DNA from: a virus
Taxonomy: Duplodnaviria; Caudoviricetes
Direction: 5' to 3' (one strand)
IMG/VR virus record: IMGVR_UViG_3300032260_000024
Span: 1 to 24,804 of that record
Length of the DNA stretch: 24,804 bases
How positions within the stretch are numbered: position 1 is the stretch's first letter; every line of letters starts with the position of its first letter. A program made the position numbers and the translations under genes. The notes beneath the pieces were generated by a model. It had not been told where the DNA came from and did not search any database. It saw nothing but the letters and a program-made list of their open reading frames with translations. Shown here piece after piece: positions 16,273-24,804 of this stretch.

Positions 16273-16380
16273 GAGGTTCAACCGGATTTCTTCCCGGCGA
16301 ACGGGGCTCATTACCCCTCTCTGATGCCGCCTCCAACGTTATCAGATATACCGGGAAGGACCCTTTTACACGGAGGCATT

Positions 16381-17175
16381 ATGCTTGCTAAAAGATGTGG
16401 CGTTATCATCGACAAAGGGATCATGAGTAAGAACCCGAAGATCGTGTTCGAACATGAGATCCCCGTACTGCAATTTAAATTCGGGGAAGGCGCCATTGAG
16501 CGTGTCAAAATTCCTCAGATGGTTCACTCTGCTATGGGGAAAAACAACGTACAGCAGGGATTTGTACGCTTCCCGATAGAAGAAATTGACCATGACGAGG
16601 AATACCAGCGCATGCTCAATATGTACGGGAAGCACGAAGAAGAAGATCGATTCGTGGTTCAGATGGCCTATGGCTACCAGCAGGAAACAAAGCTGGAGCG
16701 GTTGGGTGAACTCAAATACCGACCTTTGCTGATCGCCGGCCATGGGTTCAAGCCTTTACCTGCGCCTGTCCTTGTGCCGTTTGACGACGGATTGGGTGAG
16801 ATTTTTGACGAGGTTCCTGCCGATAAGGTGGATATGGTTAGAAAAGAAATGGGTGGAGAGCCTGTTTCTGTCGGCAACATTGATGAGGAAGATTTTATCT
16901 CTCAGGCCGAGTTGGATGCCTCTCTCCCTGCGCACAGCGAATCCCCTGTTGTAACCGAAAATCAGGCGGAGGAAGCAAGTGCTATCGGGAAAAAGCCGAC
17001 CATCGCTGATATCGACACCATGTACGAAATCGAGCACATGACCGTGCCTGGTATTAAAGCGATGTTGACGGAGCGCGGGATTGAGTTTAATCCCGACGAT
17101 CCTAAGGTGATTCTCCACGGTCTTTTTATGAACTCCATGGGTGCAGTCGGCGTTGACATGGCCGAGAAAGACTAA
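16381..17175 (+). CDS. Hypothetical protein with a C-terminal HeH/LEM-like motif
   Basis: GGAGG RBS before ATG 16381, which is preferred over 16324; C-terminal MTVPGIKAMLTERGIEFNPDDPKVIL. Confidence 0.65.
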   Translation: MLAKRCGVIIDKGIMSKNPKIVFEHEIPVLQFKFGEGAIERVKIPQMVHSAMGKNNVQQGFVRFPIEEIDHDEEYQRMLNMYGKHEEEDRFVVQMAYGYQQETKLERLGELKYRPLLIAGHGFKPLPAPVLVPFDDGLGEIFDEVPADKVDMVRKEMGGEPVSVGNIDEEDFISQAELDASLPAHSESPVVTENQAEEASAIGKKPTIADIDTMYEIEHMTVPGIKAMLTERGIEFNPDDPKVILHGLFMNSMGAVGVDMAEKD

Positions 17176-17178
17176 ATC

Positions 17179-18312
17179 ATGAGCTCTCCCGTATTCAAAA
17201 CCCTCGGTACACTTCGCGACAGCCTGCGCTCACGTCTTGGGTACGGGAATATGGGCTCCGCTTCTGGAGCCTTGCAAGGCAATCTCGACAGCATCCTTCA
17301 ATTATCTCAGTATCAATTGTACTGGATGTTTGACTGGCGCTATCTGCTAAAGACCTTTGATCAACTGACCGGCGTTGATCAGAGGTTTTATGCTTTGCCG
17401 AGCGACCTGGACGCAATGCAGGTCCAAAGCGTTGTCTCTGAGGAGATGGACGGCATTGGGGAAAACCACGTTGTAAACCACGACTTTCATCATAATCTTT
17501 TGGGATGGACGGACGAGAGCACGGGGACGGGATCAGTAGCGTTCAATGGCGGCGTGGCTCAGCTCATCAACGTGGATGGCGCTAATATAGGGATACTCGA
17601 TCAACAGTTGTCGGACCTTGATATTCTTGATGACTATACGATTTCTTTTGACGTAGTTGATCTCGGAGGGCCATTTACCAGCGGGATGAACGTTGCCATG
17701 GGAGAGGTAGATCAGGTCCCAAGCACGTTTAATCATATGGCGCTTGGAATTGGCTCCCATTCTTTTGATTTTACAAATGAAGTTGCAAACCCATTTATTT
17801 GGTTTTCACCCAATAATGATGGAACGGCGCAGACCATTGGTGTTGACAATATCAAAGTACAGAAGAAAAGCTCCGGAAGCTCAGATGGCAAAATCTGGCC
17901 GATGACTCCGGGTATCGACTGGCAACACGATAATTATAGCAACACGAACGGGCGTCCCCTGCGGTACGAGTTTCGGGATCAGGTTGAAATTTGGCCTCCT
18001 TCCGATGACACCAAATACGTCATCCGGTATGAATATTTAAAGAAATTAGGCGACTTCTCAACCGATGACGATAGGGCCACGATTGACGACAACGTTCTCT
18101 TTATGCACGCGCTGGCCACGGCCAAAGGGCATTACGGTCAAAAGGACTTCAATATCGTCCTTGCTCAAGCGAACCTCCTGATCAATAACATCCGGGGGAA
18201 AAACCACGGGAATAGGCGATACGTCAGACGAAACCCTCACGCAGACCGTTACCGACTCCGCGAGGATGACGACTACTGCGACCTTGTTCATAAAAATGTA
18301 CTGGATCTCTAA
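17179..18312 (+). CDS. Head-tail adaptor (tail tubular A-like) with an inserted CBM-like domain
   Basis: N-terminal TLGTLR..LRSRLG, W..L....GVDQRFYALPSD, G.P..Y...IEIWP.SD....R.EY; position after the capsid genes. Confidence 0.7.
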   Translation: MSSPVFKTLGTLRDSLRSRLGYGNMGSASGALQGNLDSILQLSQYQLYWMFDWRYLLKTFDQLTGVDQRFYALPSDLDAMQVQSVVSEEMDGIGENHVVNHDFHHNLLGWTDESTGTGSVAFNGGVAQLINVDGANIGILDQQLSDLDILDDYTISFDVVDLGGPFTSGMNVAMGEVDQVPSTFNHMALGIGSHSFDFTNEVANPFIWFSPNNDGTAQTIGVDNIKVQKKSSGSSDGKIWPMTPGIDWQHDNYSNTNGRPLRYEFRDQVEIWPPSDDTKYVIRYEYLKKLGDFSTDDDRATIDDNVLFMHALATAKGHYGQKDFNIVLAQANLLINNIRGKNHGNRRYVRRNPHADRYRLREDDDYCDLVHKNVLDL

Positions 18313-20186
18313 TGGGCTCACTGACCCTCGATGATTTCAAAATCGGTAAAGATAGTCGGAAAGGCGCATCCGTCGCCGACGCCGACCGCCTCATCCAGTT
18401 AACCAACGCATTCATCAACAAAGGTAAGATCCCCCAAAAACGCCAGGGGTCACTCCTCGACGTGACCTTGGAAACCGGTACCGCTGGACTCGCGTCAGCC
18501 AACGGCGTTCTGAATACATTTTACGGTATCGGAACGATTACTCACGCCGACCCGAATTACCTTGCTCACCTTGTTAATGGGACGGTAGAGCAGACTGTAT
18601 TTTCCGGGACGGGTCCGGATGACCTAAACTCGCATGGGGCATATTCTGGCTTGACGGACGCGCTTTATGAGTTCGAGATTGACGTCGTTGATTTGTTTAC
18701 CATCACAGCTTTTGCCGACTCATTGACCAACCCGGGAGTAGCGACCACGGTTACATCCACAGGCCATACCATCGTAAACGGCAGGAGATTTGGTATTTCG
18801 GGGACTACAAGTTACAACGGAGATCAATTTGCTTCGGACGTTACTGCGAACACTTTTGACATTCAAATCCCATTTGTGGCCGACGATGCAACCGGAACGG
18901 CAGAAGCCTCTACTTATCGGTGGCGTAAGGACGGTGGGGCATGGAGCTCTTCTTCGTGGGTCGTAGCCGGCTTCCCGATACAGTTTGAGGTCCCTGATCT
19001 CGGTCTGAATATTGAATTCGATAGCCAGGGTGCTGGTCGGCAGGTTGGCGATTTATGGTCGTTCAACGCGAAATTCTATAATTCCGTACAGACGATCCAT
19101 TTCGCAGACTCATTTCTTGGCTTTCTTTATGTCGTAGTCGAGTACGATACAGGGTACATCCGGCATCATTACCTGGACGGTTCTGATAACACGACAATCA
19201 AAGACACGAACTGCCCCCATACGGTTGCCGTATTGAAGATGGAGGAGAAAATTTGGGCGGTGGATGGTGATGTTGTTCGTTTTTCTGCGACCGGAAAACC
19301 TAAGGATTGGACGACAAGCCTGGATTCGGGGTTTCTCCCGACCGGTCTGAAAACAAGAAACGCCGACAACGCAATCGCCCTCGGGCAATACAGGAATCAC
19401 CAGTTGGTTGTTCTTTTTGAGGACGGCGCCCAACTATGGAATGTTGATCCTGATCCTGCCCTGCACAGTTACGAGAAATCTTTAGACGGTTTCCAAACGC
19501 GGTTCCCTCGATCGGTCCTTAAATTCGCAGGAGACCTTTTTGTCTTGAGTGATGGTGGTGTCCGTTCTACGACTGAAAAAGTATTCTCTGAGAACATTAA
19601 CGAGGAGGATGTTGGTAGCCCGATTGACAAGGATATCAAAGCGGTTCTGACAGACACCTCGACTGTTTTCTCAGGAAGATACAACAGCCTCGGGCAATAC
19701 TGGGTCATCATCGACAGTAACGTGTTCGTCTACACTTTCTCCAGTACCGGGAAAATATCGGCGTGGAGCATTTACACCTACGGCTTTACGATTGACGCCC
19801 TGGAGGAATTCAAGGGCCGGCTTTACATGAGGTCCGGGAATAGCGTTTACTTGGTCGATGAGTCGGTATTCCGTGATGATGGGGTCGCTTACGAGGCGGT
19901 AATCCAAACCGCTTTTCTCAATGCAAAATCACCAGGCGTTGATAAAATTTGGGATGGCCTGCATACGATATGCGAGGGTACGGCTGATGTCTCTTTTCGT
20001 TGGGACCCGAATAACGATGACTTTGAGACTTCCGCGATACAGCTTACTGGGGATACGACCGGCGGTGGGAGAGCTCCGGTTGAAATTAATTCGCCGAGCT
20101 TATCATTCATATTTAAAAATCAACTCGACGAGGCGTTTGAGGTCCAGTCGTTCACAGCATATTTTACGGAGCTTGGAGTACAATGA
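18312..20186 (+). CDS. Tail nozzle / tail tubular protein B-like
   Basis: DF..G.D.RK...L.NAFIN.G...KRQG start; beta-propeller-like repeats (VRFSATG.P.DWT...SGFLPTGL; ISAWSIY); TAATG coupling. Confidence 0.8.
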   Translation: MGSLTLDDFKIGKDSRKGASVADADRLIQLTNAFINKGKIPQKRQGSLLDVTLETGTAGLASANGVLNTFYGIGTITHADPNYLAHLVNGTVEQTVFSGTGPDDLNSHGAYSGLTDALYEFEIDVVDLFTITAFADSLTNPGVATTVTSTGHTIVNGRRFGISGTTSYNGDQFASDVTANTFDIQIPFVADDATGTAEASTYRWRKDGGAWSSSSWVVAGFPIQFEVPDLGLNIEFDSQGAGRQVGDLWSFNAKFYNSVQTIHFADSFLGFLYVVVEYDTGYIRHHYLDGSDNTTIKDTNCPHTVAVLKMEEKIWAVDGDVVRFSATGKPKDWTTSLDSGFLPTGLKTRNADNAIALGQYRNHQLVVLFEDGAQLWNVDPDPALHSYEKSLDGFQTRFPRSVLKFAGDLFVLSDGGVRSTTEKVFSENINEEDVGSPIDKDIKAVLTDTSTVFSGRYNSLGQYWVIIDSNVFVYTFSSTGKISAWSIYTYGFTIDALEEFKGRLYMRSGNSVYLVDESVFRDDGVAYEAVIQTAFLNAKSPGVDKIWDGLHTICEGTADVSFRWDPNNDDFETSAIQLTGDTTGGGRAPVEINSPSLSFIFKNQLDEAFEVQSFTAYFTELGVQ

Positions 20187-20656
20187 TTTTCAGGGAAATG
20201 ACCATGAAAGACGCCTCGGCGGTGTGCTGGTCTGATCTTCATGGAGCGGAGAATGATTCCGTGGTAGGGTATTTTTCTCCAGAATCCCAAGCCAAAGAAC
20301 TATTTGACTACTCGGTTGAGGCGTGGTCTTTGATCGGGAAAGACGGTGAGCCTAAGGCGATATGCGGGTTGACCCGGATATCCAGAACTACACTCACAGC
20401 CTGGTGCGTCATTTGTTCCAAAGAACGTAAGGTGTGGGGTTGCTTGGCGAAAGCCGCAAGAGCCATAGCGCGACGACATTTTAGCAAACACTCGGCAGAA
20501 AGAATTCACGCTCTTGCGTGCATGGACCGCCCTGAGCCCTTGAAGTTTTTGCAGAAATTAGGTATGAATGTACTGTGCCGAATGGATAGGTACGGGGCTC
20601 ACGGTAAAGATTTCAGTCTTTTGGCCATCACCAAAGAGGAATGGGAGCAGTTATGA
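20183..20656 (+). CDS. GNAT-fold acetyltransferase-like virion assembly protein (T7 gp13-like position)
   Basis: DGEPKAICG, RIHA......LKFLQKLG....YG..G.DF pattern; lies between the nozzle and the ejection genes. Confidence 0.7.
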   Translation: MIFREMTMKDASAVCWSDLHGAENDSVVGYFSPESQAKELFDYSVEAWSLIGKDGEPKAICGLTRISRTTLTAWCVICSKERKVWGCLAKAARAIARRHFSKHSAERIHALACMDRPEPLKFLQKLGMNVLCRMDRYGAHGKDFSLLAITKEEWEQL

Positions 20657-21576
20657 GCATCTTCTCGCACTTTTACATGCAATCTCCCGGGGATTTCCTC
20701 GATGAAAACATGTGTGATTGCCTCGGTGGTGGTGGTGGTGATGGGGGCGCCGCGGCACGAGCCGAAGCGGATCAAGCAGCCAGGGCAAAGAAGATTAAAG
20801 GTAATATCTCCCTAATTAACCTCCTATTTAAAAACGATCCAGCTAAAAACAATTCAAGAATAGAGGAGTTGAAGGGAGAACGTGACGCCCTTAGGCCCTC
20901 AAGAATTCCCGGGGCGCTTACGGGGGCAACGCCATTCTTTCATGGCATAACCTCAGCCAGCGGTATTCCCTCATTGGACCCTGATAGACAAAGGCGAAGC
21001 AATATAAATACGGCGATACAAAGACGGAAAGAAGCCAAGAAACTTCTAACTGGACCGACAAAAGTGGAGCGTGAAGCCTCCGCAATCAGCGATGTTGAGA
21101 ATTTTTTCTTTGATGATCTGAATGAGCAGAAAGCCGACGCCGAGAGGCTCAGCCGGTTTGAGCTTGCTCGACGCGGCGGAACCGGGGGTAGTCAGGATCT
21201 TGACACCCAGGAGCGATTCCAGAGAAAAGAGGATAAGGCCCGTCTTGATATTGGGAACGTGGCTCTCGACGCCCGGAATAATCTGAGGTCTCAGGATGAA
21301 GAACTCAGGGCCGCGCTTATTGGGCAGGCCAACGCTGGACTCGATAGAGACGTATTGACCGGTGACTTTATAAACTCCCTTGATAATTCCCTCCAACGCT
21401 CCAGGGATACAGCGAAGCTGACCAGATTTGATCCTTTCTTCCAGGAAGCGGGGAACCTCTTTACAAATGTAGAGCTTGCGCGTGGTATTCAGACCGGACG
21501 GAATCAGGCAGATGACAGGCTACAAAGCTTTTTCTCTGCTGACCCTAAACGAAACTTTGGGACGGTGAGAAACTAA
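20653..21576 (+). CDS. Internal virion/ejection protein 1
   Basis: ATGA-coupled start; CLGGGGGDGG then helical R/Q/E-rich sequence with LARRGGTGGS. Confidence 0.65.
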   Translation: MSIFSHFYMQSPGDFLDENMCDCLGGGGGDGGAAARAEADQAARAKKIKGNISLINLLFKNDPAKNNSRIEELKGERDALRPSRIPGALTGATPFFHGITSASGIPSLDPDRQRRSNINTAIQRRKEAKKLLTGPTKVEREASAISDVENFFFDDLNEQKADAERLSRFELARRGGTGGSQDLDTQERFQRKEDKARLDIGNVALDARNNLRSQDEELRAALIGQANAGLDRDVLTGDFINSLDNSLQRSRDTAKLTRFDPFFQEAGNLFTNVELARGIQTGRNQADDRLQSFFSADPKRNFGTVRN

Positions 21577-22385
21577 TGGCAATACAATTTATTCCACTAC
21601 TAATAGCTGGAGCCCTTGCCACAGCGGGCGGGGTAGCAATCAAGCAGAACGAAGTCAATAAAGCCCAAAAGCGTGCCGACGCCGCGAACGCTCTGTTGCG
21701 TAAAAATCAGAAGAAATTTGAGGACGAGGCTCAGTTAAATCTAAGAAGCTCCGTTGATAAATTCGGCAGTCAGGCACGCGAGGACGCCAAGAATAACGCG
21801 ATTGAGGAAGGTGAGGCAATATTAGGTCAATCTCTCGAGCGAGATCGGGGAGATTTTGCGACTTCTCCGGAAGGCAAGACCAGCAACGCTTTCATAGACC
21901 GCAGAGCGGGAGTACAAGAAAACCTTGACGCCCGAGCCGAACGGCTTAAAACGAATTTGGCCCGGGTCGTTGCACCTGGACAGCAGGGGTTCGAGGAGAA
22001 GTCAGGTATCCTTCGCGGTCAGCAGACAGACAATACAATACGCGGTTTGCAACGCGGCCAGCTTGGGGTCGACACATTAAAGGTAGATGAAGCCGGGCGC
22101 GTGAAAGATAACTTTCTAGGCGACCTTTTACTCGCAGTCGGACCCGCACTCGCAACCGGTGGGGCCTTAGGAGCGGCTGGGGGCGCGGCTGGTGCGGGGA
22201 CAAGTGTTGGGACTGGCGCCGCAACATTCGGAAATTTGGCAGGCTCAAGTGGCGTTACCCTTGGCGCGCTACCCGCCGCTACAGGGATTACTGGTGCTGG
22301 AGCCGCAGGGATAATCGGATCACAAGGTATACCATTACTGGCAAACAGCTTCACCCCGCGCAGAGGTTTTGCGCCTTCCAACTAG
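21576..22385 (+). CDS. Internal virion/ejection protein 2
   Basis: Hydrophobic Gly/Ala-rich N- and C-termini around a coiled coil; TAATG coupling. Confidence 0.65.
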   Translation: MAIQFIPLLIAGALATAGGVAIKQNEVNKAQKRADAANALLRKNQKKFEDEAQLNLRSSVDKFGSQAREDAKNNAIEEGEAILGQSLERDRGDFATSPEGKTSNAFIDRRAGVQENLDARAERLKTNLARVVAPGQQGFEEKSGILRGQQTDNTIRGLQRGQLGVDTLKVDEAGRVKDNFLGDLLLAVGPALATGGALGAAGGAAGAGTSVGTGAATFGNLAGSSGVTLGALPAATGITGAGAAGIIGSQGIPLLANSFTPRRGFAPSN

Positions 22386-22392
22386 AGGGATC

Positions 22393-23799
22393 ATGACGGA
22401 ACGACGCAGATCGGGAATAAATCAGCTTGCCAATGCCCTCGTAGGGAATACGGGTACACTCGCCCGACGACAGGGATTCAGAGACCAATCCGCCGGTAAT
22501 GCCAGTATCGCCAGCGCCTTGCTGAACCGCGTAAAGGCTACCGATGTGCAGACCCGAGCCGGTCAACGCGAGGAAGGCTTTAACCTTATCCGAAAAGGCG
22601 GGAACGAGGAACTACTTTCCGATCTTCTCATCTCAGACAAAATCAACCCACAGCAGGTAGGGAATCGCCGTTTAGCTGGCCAAGAATTCAGCAATATCGA
22701 GAGCGCCAGGGGTGCGATTGAAACAGGCGAACCCGACCTCGCAAGCCAATTGAATCAGCTTGGTAGCGGGAAAGCGATTCAGCGATTCGACGACGGCCCG
22801 AGCGGTCCCCTCAATCAGGCGACCGGAGAACTCACCAACCCGGAATTACTCGCCTCCAAAACCAACCTGAACAACGCCAAAACCGAAAAGAATATCTCCT
22901 TTCGTGATAAAGCCGATGAGGAAGCCACTCAGATTGCCGTCAAAACTCAAGCTTTAGTCGAGTCTGGGGGTAAGGTCCCTGCAACCGGTAGTGCTATCGC
23001 TAATTTCAATACGAAGCTTTTAGATGTAATGTCAGACCCTTTGAAAGGGGGCCGGCTGGATGTTGTGGAAGGTAAGCCGGGAGTAAAATTTAAGGACCTA
23101 AGCCCAAATGAAAGAACAGCATGGTTAGTGACCCAAAGGCGAATTTTAATTGAAGCTGATCCGGCGACTCAAGCAAAAATAATGGCTGACCTTGGAATAG
23201 ATGAACTCCCGCTGACTCCAGTTGAGTCCGGAGAAGCCGGAGAAGCCGAGGACCCTGGATTCTTTGAGCCAGGTGGAAGCTTCGTCGGCGACGCCTTGCA
23301 GAATGTATTCGGAGGAGAGCCACAACAACCAATTCCGTTAGCCCCCGCCTCCCAGGGACCTGGGGCTAATGTGGCGCCAACACCCACACCCGCACCCGCC
23401 GACTCTTTGGGAGGATCCCTTGGGCCTCAAGCACCCATACCTCCGCAAGTCGGTGGCGCGGGGGCGCCTGTTCTACCTGAGCTCCCTGTTCAACAGCCTC
23501 AACCAACTTCCCTGGACGGTATAGCGAATAGCGGAGGCCCCGTTGTTCCGAATGAACTTATCGGTGATTTACTCACCCGAGGGAAGGATGCGATTGCAAG
23601 GCAACTGAATGTGCCTCAGCCTCAAGAAATCAGTGTCCCGCCGGCCACTATCAGGCGAATGGAGGGAGCTTCAACGAAAAATCTCCAAGACCTTGAGTTT
23701 CAACTCCTGAGCCGCCTGGAAGGTGGAGAGGAGAACGGACCTGATACGGCCATGCTGAAAGCAATCCAAGCGATATTGGCCGAAAGAGGGGACAGATGA
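22393..23799 (+). CDS. Internal virion/ejection protein 3
   Basis: GAGG RBS before ATG 22393; helical N-terminal part and Pro-rich linker; position in the ejection cluster. Confidence 0.6.
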   Translation: MTERRRSGINQLANALVGNTGTLARRQGFRDQSAGNASIASALLNRVKATDVQTRAGQREEGFNLIRKGGNEELLSDLLISDKINPQQVGNRRLAGQEFSNIESARGAIETGEPDLASQLNQLGSGKAIQRFDDGPSGPLNQATGELTNPELLASKTNLNNAKTEKNISFRDKADEEATQIAVKTQALVESGGKVPATGSAIANFNTKLLDVMSDPLKGGRLDVVEGKPGVKFKDLSPNERTAWLVTQRRILIEADPATQAKIMADLGIDELPLTPVESGEAGEAEDPGFFEPGGSFVGDALQNVFGGEPQQPIPLAPASQGPGANVAPTPTPAPADSLGGSLGPQAPIPPQVGGAGAPVLPELPVQQPQPTSLDGIANSGGPVVPNELIGDLLTRGKDAIARQLNVPQPQEISVPPATIRRMEGASTKNLQDLEFQLLSRLEGGEENGPDTAMLKAIQAILAERGDR

Positions 23800-23800
23800 T

Positions 23801-24804
23801 ATGGCCGACCTCACTCTTGACGATCTTGGCTTAAAGCCATCCCCCAAAAAAGCCCCTGCGATAAAACCGACGCCATTACTCGCTGATGGGCTCGGTGACA
23901 ACACCGAAGCTGAACCTACCTTTGATGACCGTGACGCCCTCGCCGAATCTCTCAGGCAGGAAGCGTTAGGTTTTGGCGTCGACCCTTCGCTCGTTGTCGG
24001 GCAGGCGACCGCTGAAAGCTCTCTCAGGGAAGGTCTTGAAGGCGACAAAGACCTCGGCCTAAACTCCGCAAAATCCCCCCTACAAGTACGACCCGTTGCT
24101 GTCAACGAGACAAACAGGGTCAATAAGACTGACTTCGACCCGAACGATACTGATCAGCGCAGACAAGCGGGTATTGCCCACCTGGGGGATATCAGCAAGG
24201 ATCTCTCCTCAAAGGGATTCCAGGGCGAGGACCTACTCGACCTTTCGGCCGCCACATTCAACGCCGGTCAGACCCGCGTAAACCGCGATATCGAGAAGGC
24301 CCGGAAAAAATTCAACACTCCAAACCCTACCTTTGACCAGGTTGCCCCCTTTCTACCGGAGAGCACGCGGAAAAATGTGGTCAATTCCCGGGCGGGACGC
24401 AAGGAAGATCAGGTTAGGCAGTTAAAGAGGGGGAAAGTGACCGCGCCTGAAAGTGTGGCCCCAGGGGAAGAACAACCAGCTTTCCAGCTTCCCACCATGG
24501 AGAACACGCTCAATAACCTGAAAACGCTTGGCGGTATCGCCGAGGTGGTTATCGAGGATTTCTTAATCAGATTCCCAATTGAGGGCACTGCCGGCACGAT
24601 TAACGGAATTATTGAGGCCGTCCGGGAAGGTGATATAAACGCCTTCCCAAAAGGGTTTGAAGCCTCTCAAGGGACACTACCCCTCCCGGAATCAGAAGCC
24701 GGGAATAAGGTTCGCGAGGTTTTTGGTGAGGGATTCGACGCCGCTTTTAAATCGATCGATGACCTCACGGAGAGCCAGTTTGACGTTGAGAAGGACCCGG
24801 AAGC
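23801..24804 (+). CDS. Large internal virion protein, partial, with an N-terminal lytic transglycosylase (SLT)-like domain
   Basis: Manual translation is open to the window end: MADLTLDDLG...GVDPSLVVGQATAESS...SPLQV.P...AGIAHL...AATFNAG...LPESTRKNV. Missing from the ORF track because it has no stop. Confidence 0.8.
   Translation, partial: MADLTLDDLGLKPSPKKAPAIKPTPLLADGLGDNTEAEPTFDDRDALAESLRQEALGFGVDPSLVVGQATAESSLREGLEGDKDLGLNSAKSPLQVRPVAVNETNRVNKTDFDPNDTDQRRQAGIAHLGDISKDLSSKGFQGEDLLDLSAATFNAGQTRVNRDIEKARKKFNTPNPTFDQVAPFLPESTRKNVVNSRAGRKEDQVRQLKRGKVTAPESVAPGEEQPAFQLPTMENTLNNLKTLGGIAEVVIEDFLIRFPIEGTAGTINGIIEAVREGDINAFPKGFEASQGTLPLPESEAGNKVREVFGEGFDAAFKSIDDLTESQFDVEKDPE

Noticed and set aside
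16300-16320. tRNA-Met gene
   Set aside because: Only an anticodon-arm-like hairpin is present; no D arm, TTCGA T-loop or cloverleaf.
16271-16370. Second hammerhead ribozyme
   Set aside because: CTGATGC on plus and CTGATAA on minus do not match CUGANGA, and there is no correctly placed GAAA.
20725-20739. (GGT)5 simple repeat as a phase-variation tract
   Set aside because: In-frame trinucleotide encoding poly-Gly; length changes would not shift the frame.
6371-24597. Numerous antisense ORFs opposite the structural genes
   Set aside because: Shadow ORFs of long, coupled plus-strand genes, with no independent RBS or recognisable motifs.

Overview
This window is a segment of a tailed dsDNA phage (or prophage) with podovirus-type morphogenesis genes. 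Positions 1-2236 hold a minus-strand early-type operon of small hypothetical genes behind a near-consensus sigma70 promoter. That operon contains a textbook type I hammerhead ribozyme (1727-1777, minus strand) wedged between a stop codon and the next gene's RBS. After a ~470-bp non-coding, strand-skewed, repeat-containing region, the plus strand runs: terS, terL, a lysis cassette (M15 peptidase endolysin plus membrane proteins), portal, an inserted module of three consecutive Sec-signal-peptide proteins including a 1421-aa double beta-helix tailspike-like protein, scaffold, major capsid, adaptor, nozzle, a GNAT-like protein, three ejection proteins and the start of a large SLT-domain virion protein. 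The best leads are the hammerhead and the apparently secreted tailspike module. Other leads are the sharp G/C skew flips around terS/terL, a parS-like site and a structured RNA after the capsid gene. All family calls come from motif recognition by eye; no database searches were run.
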